From: a virus
DNA: 42,165 nt
Strand: one strand, 5' to 3'
Virus record (IMG/VR): IMGVR_UViG_3300028042_000003
Coordinates: 1-42,165 of that record
Program-made: the position numbers and the translations under genes
In this document: one piece after another, positions 16,317-24,649 of the stretch
Position numbering within the stretch: the stretch's first letter is position 1
How the letters are laid out: each line of letters opens with the position of its first letter
Notes under the pieces: model-generated
Databases searched by the model: none
What the model was told of the DNA's origin: nothing
What the model saw: only the letters and a program-made list of their open reading frames with translations

Positions 16317-19300
16317 TATATAAACTCCGTTGCTATATTTGTATTATCATAGGTTACTGTTTGGTCTAATGTTTCGGTGACATCTTTTTCCCAAACTTTA
16401 TTGTTACCTAAATATATTTTATTTATAATCATCGTACCTAAATACGCATCTTTTATCTCTTTATCGCCTAGACTTGGAGTAACCGGGGGAGTCCATGTAC
16501 AACAATCTTCACCATCTGGTGTGTTGTTTACCCAGTTTATACCTGGTGTTGCTGTTATCTGTGCTCTTTCTGTTGCATTAGGTCTACATAGATCCTCGCT
16601 TCTCCCAAACGTATGATTAGACGATGTAGATGATGTTGTGTCTATTCCTTTTATACATTTTAGTGTATCACAACTATACCAAGCGTAATCAAAGTTAGTT
16701 CCTTTACTGGTATCTAATAAAGGGAAAGAAGTCAGCTTAGAACAGTGCTCCCAAGCGTAATCAAAGTTAGTTCCTTTACTGGTATCTAATAAAGGGAAAG
16801 AAGTCAGCTTAGAACAGCGCCCCCAAGTGTAACCAAAGTTAGTTCCTTTAGAAACATCAAGTAAAGGGAAAGAGGTCAACGATGAACAACCATACCAAGT
16901 GTAACCAAAGTTAGTTCCTTTAGAAACATCAAGTAAAGGGAAAGAAGATAATCCAAAACAAGTTCTCCAAGCACTATCAAAGTTAGTTCCTTCTGATGTG
17001 TCTATCATAGGAAAAGAGGTCAACGCAGAACAAGCACTCCAAGCATGACTAAAGTCAGCAACTAAAGAAAAGGCTGTAGCAGATGCTATAAACTGAACCA
17101 ATCGTTGAGATGACTCGAACGTATGAGACAACGAGGTCAATTCTTCTGTTATGATTTCTATTTTAGAGACATAGGCTTTGTTAGCACCCATCTTGAATGC
17201 AGTAATACCATCAGTTGATTCAAGTTGATACGTTCCATCTCCGTTATCAGTCACGGTTATTGAACCACCTTGAACATCAGAAACTCCAGGTAAAGCAGTT
17301 GCTGTTACTTTTATCTCGAATTTATTAGGTGCTACATAAGTACAACAATCTTCACCATCTGGAACATCAGAAACCCAAGCTATGCCTGGGGTTGCTTCTA
17401 TTGCTGTTTGTTCTGTTGCATTAGGTCTACATAAATTATCTGGAAATATGTAAGAGGTACCAGTAGCAGAAGAAGTATTTACCCCTTTTATACATTTCAG
17501 GTTATTAGAGCCAGTCCATGTGAATGTAAAATCGGTTCCTTTTGAAGTGTCAAGTGAAGGAAAAGATGTCAACCCTGAACATTCTCTCCAAGTTCCTTGA
17601 AAATTAGTTCCGTTAGAAACGTCAATAGCAGGAAAAGAAGTCAACTTAGAACAACTATCCCAAGTATTTCTGAAGTTGGTTCCGTTTGAAGTATCTAATA
17701 AAGGAAAAGATGTCAACTTAGAACATTGTCTCCAAGTTCCTTGAAAATGAGTTCCGTTAGAAACGTCTAATAAAGGAAAAGATGTCAACCCTGAACATTC
17801 TCTCCAAGTCCCAGTAAAATTAGTTCCGTTTGAAGTATCTAATAAAAGAAATGATGTCAACCCTGAACATCTAAACCAAGCATAAGCAAAGGTACTAACA
17901 CTTGAAGTATCTAATAAAGGAAAAGATGTCAATGCATAACACTGTCTCCATGTCTCACGAAGGGTTGTAGCACTGCTGATGTCTATCAAAGGAAAAGAGG
18001 ATAATAATCTACAATCTGTCCAAGCATAGTCGAAATTAGTTCCGTTGCTGGTATCTATCAAAGGGAAAGATGATAACTGTCTACAACCATTCCAAGCATA
18101 CCTAAAATTGGTTCCTTTTGAAGTATCTATCAAAGGAAAAGATGTCAACCCTGAACAATAATTCCAAGCTGAACTAAAATTAGTTCCACTTGAAGTATCT
18201 ATCATAGGAAAACCGACTAACCCTGAACAAGTACTCCAAGCATTACTAAAATCAGTAACTAATCCAAACGCTGTAGCTGGTGCTATGAAATCAGTCATCC
18301 CTGAACAATTTATGAACGTGCCATGCAGCGATGTTAGCTCTTCTGTTATGATTTCTATTTTAGAGACATAGGCTTTGTTAGCACCCATCGCGAAGTGGGT
18401 AATGCCATCAGTTGATTCAAGTTGATACGTTCCATCTCCGTTATCGGTTACTGATATAGAACCACCTTGTACATCAGAAACTCCAGGTAAAGAGAGTGCT
18501 GTTACTTTTATCTCGAATTTATTAACCGGTGGAGTCCACGTACAACAATCTTCACCATCTGGAACATCAGAAACCCAAGCTATACCTGGAGTTGCTGCTA
18601 TTGCTGTTTGTTCTGTTGCATTAGGTCTACATAGAGCTGGGGTGTCGAAAAACATATTGGAAGTGCTTTGAGCTGATGATGTATCTATACCTTTTATACA
18701 TTTTAGAGCCGAACAACTGCGCCAAACATTTTGAAAATTAACCCCACTTGAGGTATCTAATGAAGGAAAAGAGTGTAACTTGGAACAATTATTCCAAGTG
18801 CTCTCAAAAATAATACCTTTACTGGTATCAATCAAAGGAAAAGCTGTCAATTCCTCACAACCATGCCAAGTTTTTATAAAATCAGTACCTGAACTGGTAT
18901 CTAATAAAGGAAAAGAGGTCAACGCTGAACAATTCTCCCAAGCATAACCAAAGTTAGTTCCACTTGAAGTATCTAATAAAGGGAAAGAAGTCAACCCAGA
19001 ACAACCATTCCAAGTTAAGCTAAAATTAGTAGCTTTGTTGGTATCTAATAAAGGGAAAGATGTCAACCCTGAACAATGATTCCAAGCCCATCTGAAATCG
19101 GTTCCTTTTGATGTATCAATTATAGGAAATGATGTCAATGATGAACATCCAGACCAAGCACTACCAAAATTAGTAACTAAACCAAATGCTGTAGGTCCAG
19201 CTATAAACTCAGACATTGTGCTACAACCAGTAAATGCATGACTCAATGATGTCAGCTCTTCTGTTATAATTTCTATTTTAGTGATTTTATCTTTGTTAGC

Positions 19301-19441
19301 ATCCATCTTGAAGGCAGTAATAACATCATTTGATGTAAATTGGTATGTTCCATCTGTGTTATCGGTTATGGTTATAGCGCCGCCTTGAACATCTTTTACC
19401 GACGGTAACGCCGTCGAGGTTACTTTTATTTCAAAATTCAT
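16316..19441 (-). CDS. BspA/DUF285-like LRR adhesin with three capped modules
   Basis: 24-aa repeat FPLLDTSxGTNFxx(A/T)WxxCSxLTS in 7, 11 and 6 copies; each module has an N-cap and a Cys-rich C-cap. Confidence 0.85.
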   Translation of the reverse strand: MNFEIKVTSTALPSVKDVQGGAITITDNTDGTYQFTSNDVITAFKMDANKDKITKIEIITEELTSLSHAFTGCSTMSEFIAGPTAFGLVTNFGSAWSGCSSLTSFPIIDTSKGTDFRWAWNHCSGLTSFPLLDTNKATNFSLTWNGCSGLTSFPLLDTSSGTNFGYAWENCSALTSFPLLDTSSGTDFIKTWHGCEELTAFPLIDTSKGIIFESTWNNCSKLHSFPSLDTSSGVNFQNVWRSCSALKCIKGIDTSSAQSTSNMFFDTPALCRPNATEQTAIAATPGIAWVSDVPDGEDCCTWTPPVNKFEIKVTALSLPGVSDVQGGSISVTDNGDGTYQLESTDGITHFAMGANKAYVSKIEIITEELTSLHGTFINCSGMTDFIAPATAFGLVTDFSNAWSTCSGLVGFPMIDTSSGTNFSSAWNYCSGLTSFPLIDTSKGTNFRYAWNGCRQLSSFPLIDTSNGTNFDYAWTDCRLLSSFPLIDISSATTLRETWRQCYALTSFPLLDTSSVSTFAYAWFRCSGLTSFLLLDTSNGTNFTGTWRECSGLTSFPLLDVSNGTHFQGTWRQCSKLTSFPLLDTSNGTNFRNTWDSCSKLTSFPAIDVSNGTNFQGTWRECSGLTSFPSLDTSKGTDFTFTWTGSNNLKCIKGVNTSSATGTSYIFPDNLCRPNATEQTAIEATPGIAWVSDVPDGEDCCTYVAPNKFEIKVTATALPGVSDVQGGSITVTDNGDGTYQLESTDGITAFKMGANKAYVSKIEIITEELTSLSHTFESSQRLVQFIASATAFSLVADFSHAWSACSALTSFPMIDTSEGTNFDSAWRTCFGLSSFPLLDVSKGTNFGYTWYGCSSLTSFPLLDVSKGTNFGYTWGRCSKLTSFPLLDTSKGTNFDYAWEHCSKLTSFPLLDTSKGTNFDYAWYSCDTLKCIKGIDTTSSTSSNHTFGRSEDLCRPNATERAQITATPGINWVNNTPDGEDCCTWTPPVTPSLGDKEIKDAYLGTMIINKIYLGNNKVWEKDVTETLDQTVTYDNTNIATEFI
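16679..16945. repeat. 72-bp-period tandem repeats within the LRR gene
   Basis: 67 bp identical at 16679-16745 and 16751-16817; 51 bp identical starting at 16823 and 16895. Confidence 0.9.
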
Positions 19442-19461
19442 ATTTATTCCTTATTATGGGT

Positions 19462-20361
19462 TTATGCTGGTACTATTATGTATAATTTACTTGCGTCTTT
19501 AGTTGCTATTGCATCGTAATCTGCTTGAGTGATAGAAACTATATTAGTTACTTGTATTTCATTTCCAACTGGAGTTGATTTTACAACATCAGTTAGGTCA
19601 GCTGCTGGAACAAAAACTTGGAGATCGTTAGGCGAAATAATAGCTATGTTTCCTGGATCTGATGAAACTGTAGGTGCTGTTGCTGATACTATTCTTTCCC
19701 AGTCATTTTCTTCCCAGTTAGCATTTGTAGCTTTATCAGCTTTTGCTATATAAATGTTTGTAACAAATTGACCTTCCATACCACCCTGAAGTGATTTAGC
19801 GGTAACTATATCACCAATTACATATGATTTACTTTCTGCGAATTCTTGGTGAGGCGCATCTGAACTTGAAGCGTCAATAAGATCTTTTAGAGTCTTACCT
19901 TGCTTAGCTGAAAGAGCGTTATCTTTTGATGTTGAAGTTAGATTATCTTCTACTGTCACTTCTGTTGGAGTGGTCCATACTGCGTTGCCATCTGTGGCAT
20001 CTTGTTTGGTTAGTGTTTGACCCGTAGTTCCACCTTTTGGTATACCACCTGATATTTCATTCCACTTAGCCGCATCGAAATCTCCGGTGGTATCGTCTAT
20101 ACAAATCCATGTAGTCATTGTTCCTGGAGCTTCTTTATGTCCTACAACGTCACCGTTCACATAATTTACTGTTTTGTCATAAATCACACCACCACGTTCT
20201 GGTGTACTTGATCCAGTTCCGGTTAGTTCTTTAGTAACTTTCGCTATGTCACCTACAAATAATTTACCATCCGCAAGGTTTACTGCCAGTTCTCCTGGTT
20301 CTAGGTCGCCAGTTGCTGGGATTTTGCCAGCAACATTTGATTTTTTTATCGAAATTTTCAT
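19462..20361 (-). CDS. Tail fibre protein
   Basis: PGELAVNLADGKLFVGD head, two CBM5/12-like repeats, DNLTSTS..ALSAKQGK repeat, C-terminal TQADYDAI..KD..LYII. Confidence 0.75.
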   Translation of the reverse strand: MKISIKKSNVAGKIPATGDLEPGELAVNLADGKLFVGDIAKVTKELTGTGSSTPERGGVIYDKTVNYVNGDVVGHKEAPGTMTTWICIDDTTGDFDAAKWNEISGGIPKGGTTGQTLTKQDATDGNAVWTTPTEVTVEDNLTSTSKDNALSAKQGKTLKDLIDASSSDAPHQEFAESKSYVIGDIVTAKSLQGGMEGQFVTNIYIAKADKATNANWEENDWERIVSATAPTVSSDPGNIAIISPNDLQVFVPAADLTDVVKSTPVGNEIQVTNIVSITQADYDAIATKDASKLYIIVPA

Positions 20362-20398
20362 ATTTATGATTCCTTGATGCTTATATAAGCTTTTTATT

Positions 20399-20406
20399 TA
20401 TTTATA
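20399..20406 (-). promoter_or_regulatory. T4-type late promoter
   Basis: TATTTATA on + (TATAAATA on -). Confidence 0.7.
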
Positions 20407-21333
20407 TTACCACTTACTCCAATGGAAAATGCCCCAACCACAACAATCGCTGGTTTCTGGAGCATCTGAGATCCACTTGATTCCCGGAGTTGCTTCTATT
20501 GCTGTTCTTTCTGTTGCGTTAGGTCTGCATATATTAGTACTAGCACCAAACATCAAATGTACGTCTGTGGCTGAAGTTGTATCTATACCTTTTATACATA
20601 TTAATGCTGAACAACCATGCCAAGCTAAAGCAAAATTAGTTACTTTACTGGAATCTAATGCAGGAAAAGAGGTTATCGACCCACAATTATTCCAAGCATA
20701 CGTAAAGCTTGTTGCTGAACTGGTGTCTATCATAGGGAACTGGGTCAACTTGGAACAAGATTGCCAAGCATAACCGAAGTTAGTTCCTTTACTGGTATCC
20801 AATAAAGGAAAAGATGTCAACTGTGAACAAGCACCCCAAGCACCACTAAAATTAGTTCCACTTGAAGTGTCTAATAAAGGAAATGATGTCAACGCAGAAC
20901 ACCTCCACCAAGCATAACTAAAATTAGTTCCACTTGAAGTGTCTAATAAAGGGAATGATGTCAATGCAGAACATTTATTCCAAGCATACCCAAAAGTAGT
21001 TCCTTTACTGGTATTTATCATAGGGAAAGAGGTTAATGATGAACAACCATCCCAAGCTCTTTGGAAATTGGTTACATCCTTGAACGCATCGGTGGGTACT
21101 ATAAGATTAGTTAGCTGACCCAAACCTCTGAACGTTTCATACATATTAGTCAACTCTTCTGATATGATTTCTATTTCGGTTATGAGGTGTTTGTTAGTAG
21201 TAAATATAAATCGACCAACTGGTGTGGTCGATTTTACTGTCCAGTCTGGTGCAGAACCAGTCCAAGTTACCGACCCAGGATCGTAAATTTGTATTTGGGG
21301 TTGTACTTGACACGTTACTTTCATATGAAGCAT
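20407..21333 (-). CDS. Single-module LRR adhesin, paralogue of 16316-19441
   Basis: 7 x 24-aa repeats plus CIKGIDT..CRPNATE..DCC cap. Confidence 0.85.
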   Translation of the reverse strand: MLHMKVTCQVQPQIQIYDPGSVTWTGSAPDWTVKSTTPVGRFIFTTNKHLITEIEIISEELTNMYETFRGLGQLTNLIVPTDAFKDVTNFQRAWDGCSSLTSFPMINTSKGTTFGYAWNKCSALTSFPLLDTSSGTNFSYAWWRCSALTSFPLLDTSSGTNFSGAWGACSQLTSFPLLDTSKGTNFGYAWQSCSKLTQFPMIDTSSATSFTYAWNNCGSITSFPALDSSKVTNFALAWHGCSALICIKGIDTTSATDVHLMFGASTNICRPNATERTAIEATPGIKWISDAPETSDCCGWGIFHWSKW

Positions 21334-21343
21334 AATTTATCCT

Positions 21344-21739
21344 TTAGTAATTTCCTAGATCTATAATATCTGTTGGTATCCATTTAGTGCCGTTGAAGCT
21401 TAGAACATCATTTGTTGATGGGGGAGTATTTACAGTATCCACATCAGTGAGTTCGGATATTTGATGTGTTTGTGGGGCTTGGTTTATCCATTTGCCGTTT
21501 TGGAACTCCAAGTATTGACCATTAGCTAGAAGGTTAAAATCTGTATCTATTAGCCCGTGTAGTGTATCTGAACCACCTGAACCACCTGAACTAGATGTAA
21601 GTTCTAAACCACCTAAAGTAGATCCATCACCTACCCATAAACTGTTGAGTGTTTGGTCCCAGATTAGTTCACCGATTGCTGGTGTAAATGCTAAACGGTC
21701 ATTTTTTGGACCACGTTTTATTTGTATTTGTATTGACAT
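21344..21739 (-). CDS. Short fibre adaptor with Mtd_N-like head
   Basis: IQIKRG...GELIWD...VGDG; L.DVD..VL.FNGTKW repeats. Confidence 0.65.
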   Translation of the reverse strand: MSIQIQIKRGPKNDRLAFTPAIGELIWDQTLNSLWVGDGSTLGGLELTSSSGGSGGSDTLHGLIDTDFNLLANGQYLEFQNGKWINQAPQTHQISELTDVDTVNTPPSTNDVLSFNGTKWIPTDIIDLGNY

Positions 21740-21751
21740 ATTTTTCCTTTG

Positions 21752-22666
21752 TTATGTTGTTAGTGCTGGTGGTGCTGATGGTAAAACCCCTGCATCCATT
21801 ACCGTTAGATCTGGTTTATTTTTGATAAACGCATCATTGTTTGTGTCAGTTTCTGTCCAATCACTTTGAATATTTGCTTCTCCTGCAAGTGCATCAATTT
21901 CTATTTTTAGTGATTTCCCCATTTCTGCTGATAGTAAATCTGTATTTCCACCAGATGTTAGATCATTTATTACTAAAGGTCTATTTTTTATTGCTGTATT
22001 TCCAGTTCCATCCCAGTCAACTTCAATAGGTTGTATCTCGATTTTAATAAGATCTGTTGGACCAGATGGGTTTTCGTTTACCGCAACAAATGTATTTCCA
22101 GCTAGTTGATCTTTTACTAAGATTATATCACCTGGCTGTACATTAGGTAACGCGTAAAGTTCAGTTAGTGTTTGAACTTGAAGACCTTGGCTTTTCGCTT
22201 CTTTTGGTAAAACTGAAGCGTCTACTTTACCTGATGTTAGACCTGCTACAGTAATATTTATGTCCGTCTTAGGTATTAGTAAATCTGTTTCGTCGTCTTG
22301 ATATTTTTTAGTAACGATATCACCATCTACTTGTGGCGTGTAATTCACCATTGGAGTAGTTCCATCGTTCTTTAGGAATTTTTGAGAATCTGTAGTATAA
22401 GATTCAAAGTTACCTTGTGCTTTTTGAAGAGCAACATGAACACTATCACCAGTGACAATATCACCTGATGCTCCACTAAAACTTGATAGCTTTAGTGTCT
22501 TAGGTGTTCTTGTAAGCTTTATACCACCTTGAGTTATTCCATCAAAATAGAATATCTCTTTTGTATCTGTGTTATAAGCCAACTCACCTTCTTTTCCAAT
22601 ATACGCAGTTATGCTTTGGGTACCCCCTCTCTTTATGAGAAGGTCCGCTTTGTATGGCTCAGACAT
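21752..22666 (-). CDS. Tail fibre protein with Mtd_N-like head
   Basis: LIKRG...EGELAYNTDT..FDG; LSAEMGKSL; QSDW..IKNKP. Confidence 0.65.
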   Translation of the reverse strand: MSEPYKADLLIKRGGTQSITAYIGKEGELAYNTDTKEIFYFDGITQGGIKLTRTPKTLKLSSFSGASGDIVTGDSVHVALQKAQGNFESYTTDSQKFLKNDGTTPMVNYTPQVDGDIVTKKYQDDETDLLIPKTDINITVAGLTSGKVDASVLPKEAKSQGLQVQTLTELYALPNVQPGDIILVKDQLAGNTFVAVNENPSGPTDLIKIEIQPIEVDWDGTGNTAIKNRPLVINDLTSGGNTDLLSAEMGKSLKIEIDALAGEANIQSDWTETDTNNDAFIKNKPDLTVMDAGVLPSAPPALTT

Positions 22667-24609
22667 TAGTTTTGTCCTCCTGGAGGTGTACCACTACCTG
22701 TTGGTGGTGGCATACTACCTGCTGGCAAGTTCCCAGCATCTATAGTATCTGGTTTATTTTGGATATACGAATCTGAATTTACATCAGTTTGTGTCCAATC
22801 ACTTTGCACTAGTGGCTCAAATGCCAACCAAGATAATTCATCTATTGATGGATCTGTTTGACTTGTAACATCCACTTTAGCTAAATAAATTTTAGAATCA
22901 AACGATACAATATCACCTAATCTATAAATTGTTCCACCAAACCAAGCTTTACCAGCTGTTTCAGGTGGTATAATTACTGGAGTAGTTTCCCATTTATGAG
23001 AAATGTTATTATATATCAAAGAGTCACCATCAACTGGTGAACCATCAACATCTGCTATCATTTCAAGTAAAGTTGTATTTTGCTTTAGAAGTTTTTCAAT
23101 AAGAGTAACAGAAGAAATATTTTCCCAATTTGATCCATTTCTTATTAGTAAATCATCATCCGCTAATGAAGTATAATTTACATCAAGGTCTAGTAACTCA
23201 GTTGGTATTTTTTTGAATTTCCAAGTACCAACACCACCACCTGCTGCAGCGTCCCAAGAAATAGTTTCACCCGTTGACATAGTATCACTTACGTCTTTTA
23301 GATCTTGTAGTCTAATTTGTTCAGCTACAGTAGCTAAAGTCGCATTGACCCATTTATTACCAGTTGCTCCAGCTTGGTATGTAATTACATCACCAATTAG
23401 TGGAGTGGTAACATCAACATCGTTTAGGCTGTCTAGGTTGTCATCTTCGTATTCTACTTTTGTACCTGACGAATTTGTAACAAGTTTTTTACCAGCATCT
23501 AGTGATGAAGGTGTGTCTGTTAGTGATAAAAATGTTGGTGCTGGGGAAGTTACCCATTTACCTGAAGTCGTGTCCCATGTAATGTAGTCACCTTTTAGTG
23601 TACCACTTGAGATAATTGTATTTTCATCTACTAAAGTCCAGTTCGTTGTATCTTGTGTTGGATCTAAGTTTGTTGACGTATTTCCAATAGCTTTATTACT
23701 TATATAAAGTTTACCACTAAATGAAACTATAGCTCCAGTTTGGTAGTTTGCTGTAGAGTTCCATAAAACCCCACCTACTTCTCCAGCTACTGTTGGTGAT
23801 GCTTTGTAACTCCATAAGTCGTCAGTCGCATCTGCTGGTGTATTGTGATCACCTTGCCAAACAAATTTGTCTCCGTTCATTACTGTTATTCCAGTAATAG
23901 GTCCTGATGTCATTGTATAACCAACGGCTGTTAGACCATCAATAGTCCAAGTAGCACCTGGTCTTCCAATAAATGAAGCTGGAGTTCCTACTGTAGAAAC
24001 ATCTGGATATTCTGATCCACCTGCTGTACCACCCGCACTTGGAGTATGAGTAGCTACTTGATATTCTGTGTTTTCTAAAGATTGCCATTCAGCTAATGAT
24101 GTAACTGGGTTTGCGTTTGAAGAATTTGTCAACGCAATGAAAACCATTACATTTCCTTGACCCGCTTCATGAGAAACAATATCACCTGGTTTATAGTTTT
24201 TATTAGCAGTCCATTTACCACCTCTAAATTCTAAATCTTCTGCAAAGTCTTTCCATGCATTGGCATCAAATGCTCCGGTTGTATCTGTTTTAGCTACAAA
24301 AGTCTCAAACGATGTACCAGTTGGGTTCAGTAAAACTACATCACCTTTTTGGTATTTTTTCTCTGGGTTATATAATTTACCAGCAGTATCAGATTGTACA
24401 ATATCTTTATATTCACCAACCACGCCAGATAATAGTTCCTCGAGTGTAGAAGTAGGTGTTATAGATGCTTTACTAATAAGTTGAACAAATCCAACTTTAT
24501 TTGTAGCTGAATTGTCAGCGTCCACTACTTGAATAATACCATTTACTGGTACTTGATCCAAGCCAGTCTCAGCTAGGTTTTTGAAAGTGTGTATCGAATT
24601 ACGAAACAT
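22666..24609 (-). CDS. Fibre protein with four CBM5/12-like repeats
   Basis: GG.W....Y..GDIV repeats; L.DV linker repeats; QSDW..IQNKP. Confidence 0.7.
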   Translation of the reverse strand: MFRNSIHTFKNLAETGLDQVPVNGIIQVVDADNSATNKVGFVQLISKASITPTSTLEELLSGVVGEYKDIVQSDTAGKLYNPEKKYQKGDVVLLNPTGTSFETFVAKTDTTGAFDANAWKDFAEDLEFRGGKWTANKNYKPGDIVSHEAGQGNVMVFIALTNSSNANPVTSLAEWQSLENTEYQVATHTPSAGGTAGGSEYPDVSTVGTPASFIGRPGATWTIDGLTAVGYTMTSGPITGITVMNGDKFVWQGDHNTPADATDDLWSYKASPTVAGEVGGVLWNSTANYQTGAIVSFSGKLYISNKAIGNTSTNLDPTQDTTNWTLVDENTIISSGTLKGDYITWDTTSGKWVTSPAPTFLSLTDTPSSLDAGKKLVTNSSGTKVEYEDDNLDSLNDVDVTTPLIGDVITYQAGATGNKWVNATLATVAEQIRLQDLKDVSDTMSTGETISWDAAAGGGVGTWKFKKIPTELLDLDVNYTSLADDDLLIRNGSNWENISSVTLIEKLLKQNTTLLEMIADVDGSPVDGDSLIYNNISHKWETTPVIIPPETAGKAWFGGTIYRLGDIVSFDSKIYLAKVDVTSQTDPSIDELSWLAFEPLVQSDWTQTDVNSDSYIQNKPDTIDAGNLPAGSMPPPTGSGTPPGGQN

Positions 24610-24630
24610 AGTTATCCTTTTATTTTATTG

Positions 24631-24649
24631 GGTAGCTTATAAAGCTACC
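24631..24649 (-). terminator. Hairpin over the stop codon of the 1065-aa gene
   Basis: GGTAGCTT-ATA-AAGCTACC 8-bp stem; no U-tract. Confidence 0.35.

Noticed and set aside
16679-16945. CRISPR array
   Set aside because: The repeats are in-frame 72-bp coding units with only ~5-nt differences, not repeat-spacer units.
20379-20390. Palindrome GCTTATATAAGC in the leader of the fibre gene
   Set aside because: Single, AT-rich, 12 bp; plausible by chance and no second copy was seen.
16316-21333. Diversity-generating retroelement acting on the LRRs
   Set aside because: No reverse transcriptase or non-coding template repeat lies in the window, and variable codons are not consistently AAY-derived. 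A DGR elsewhere in the genome cannot be excluded.
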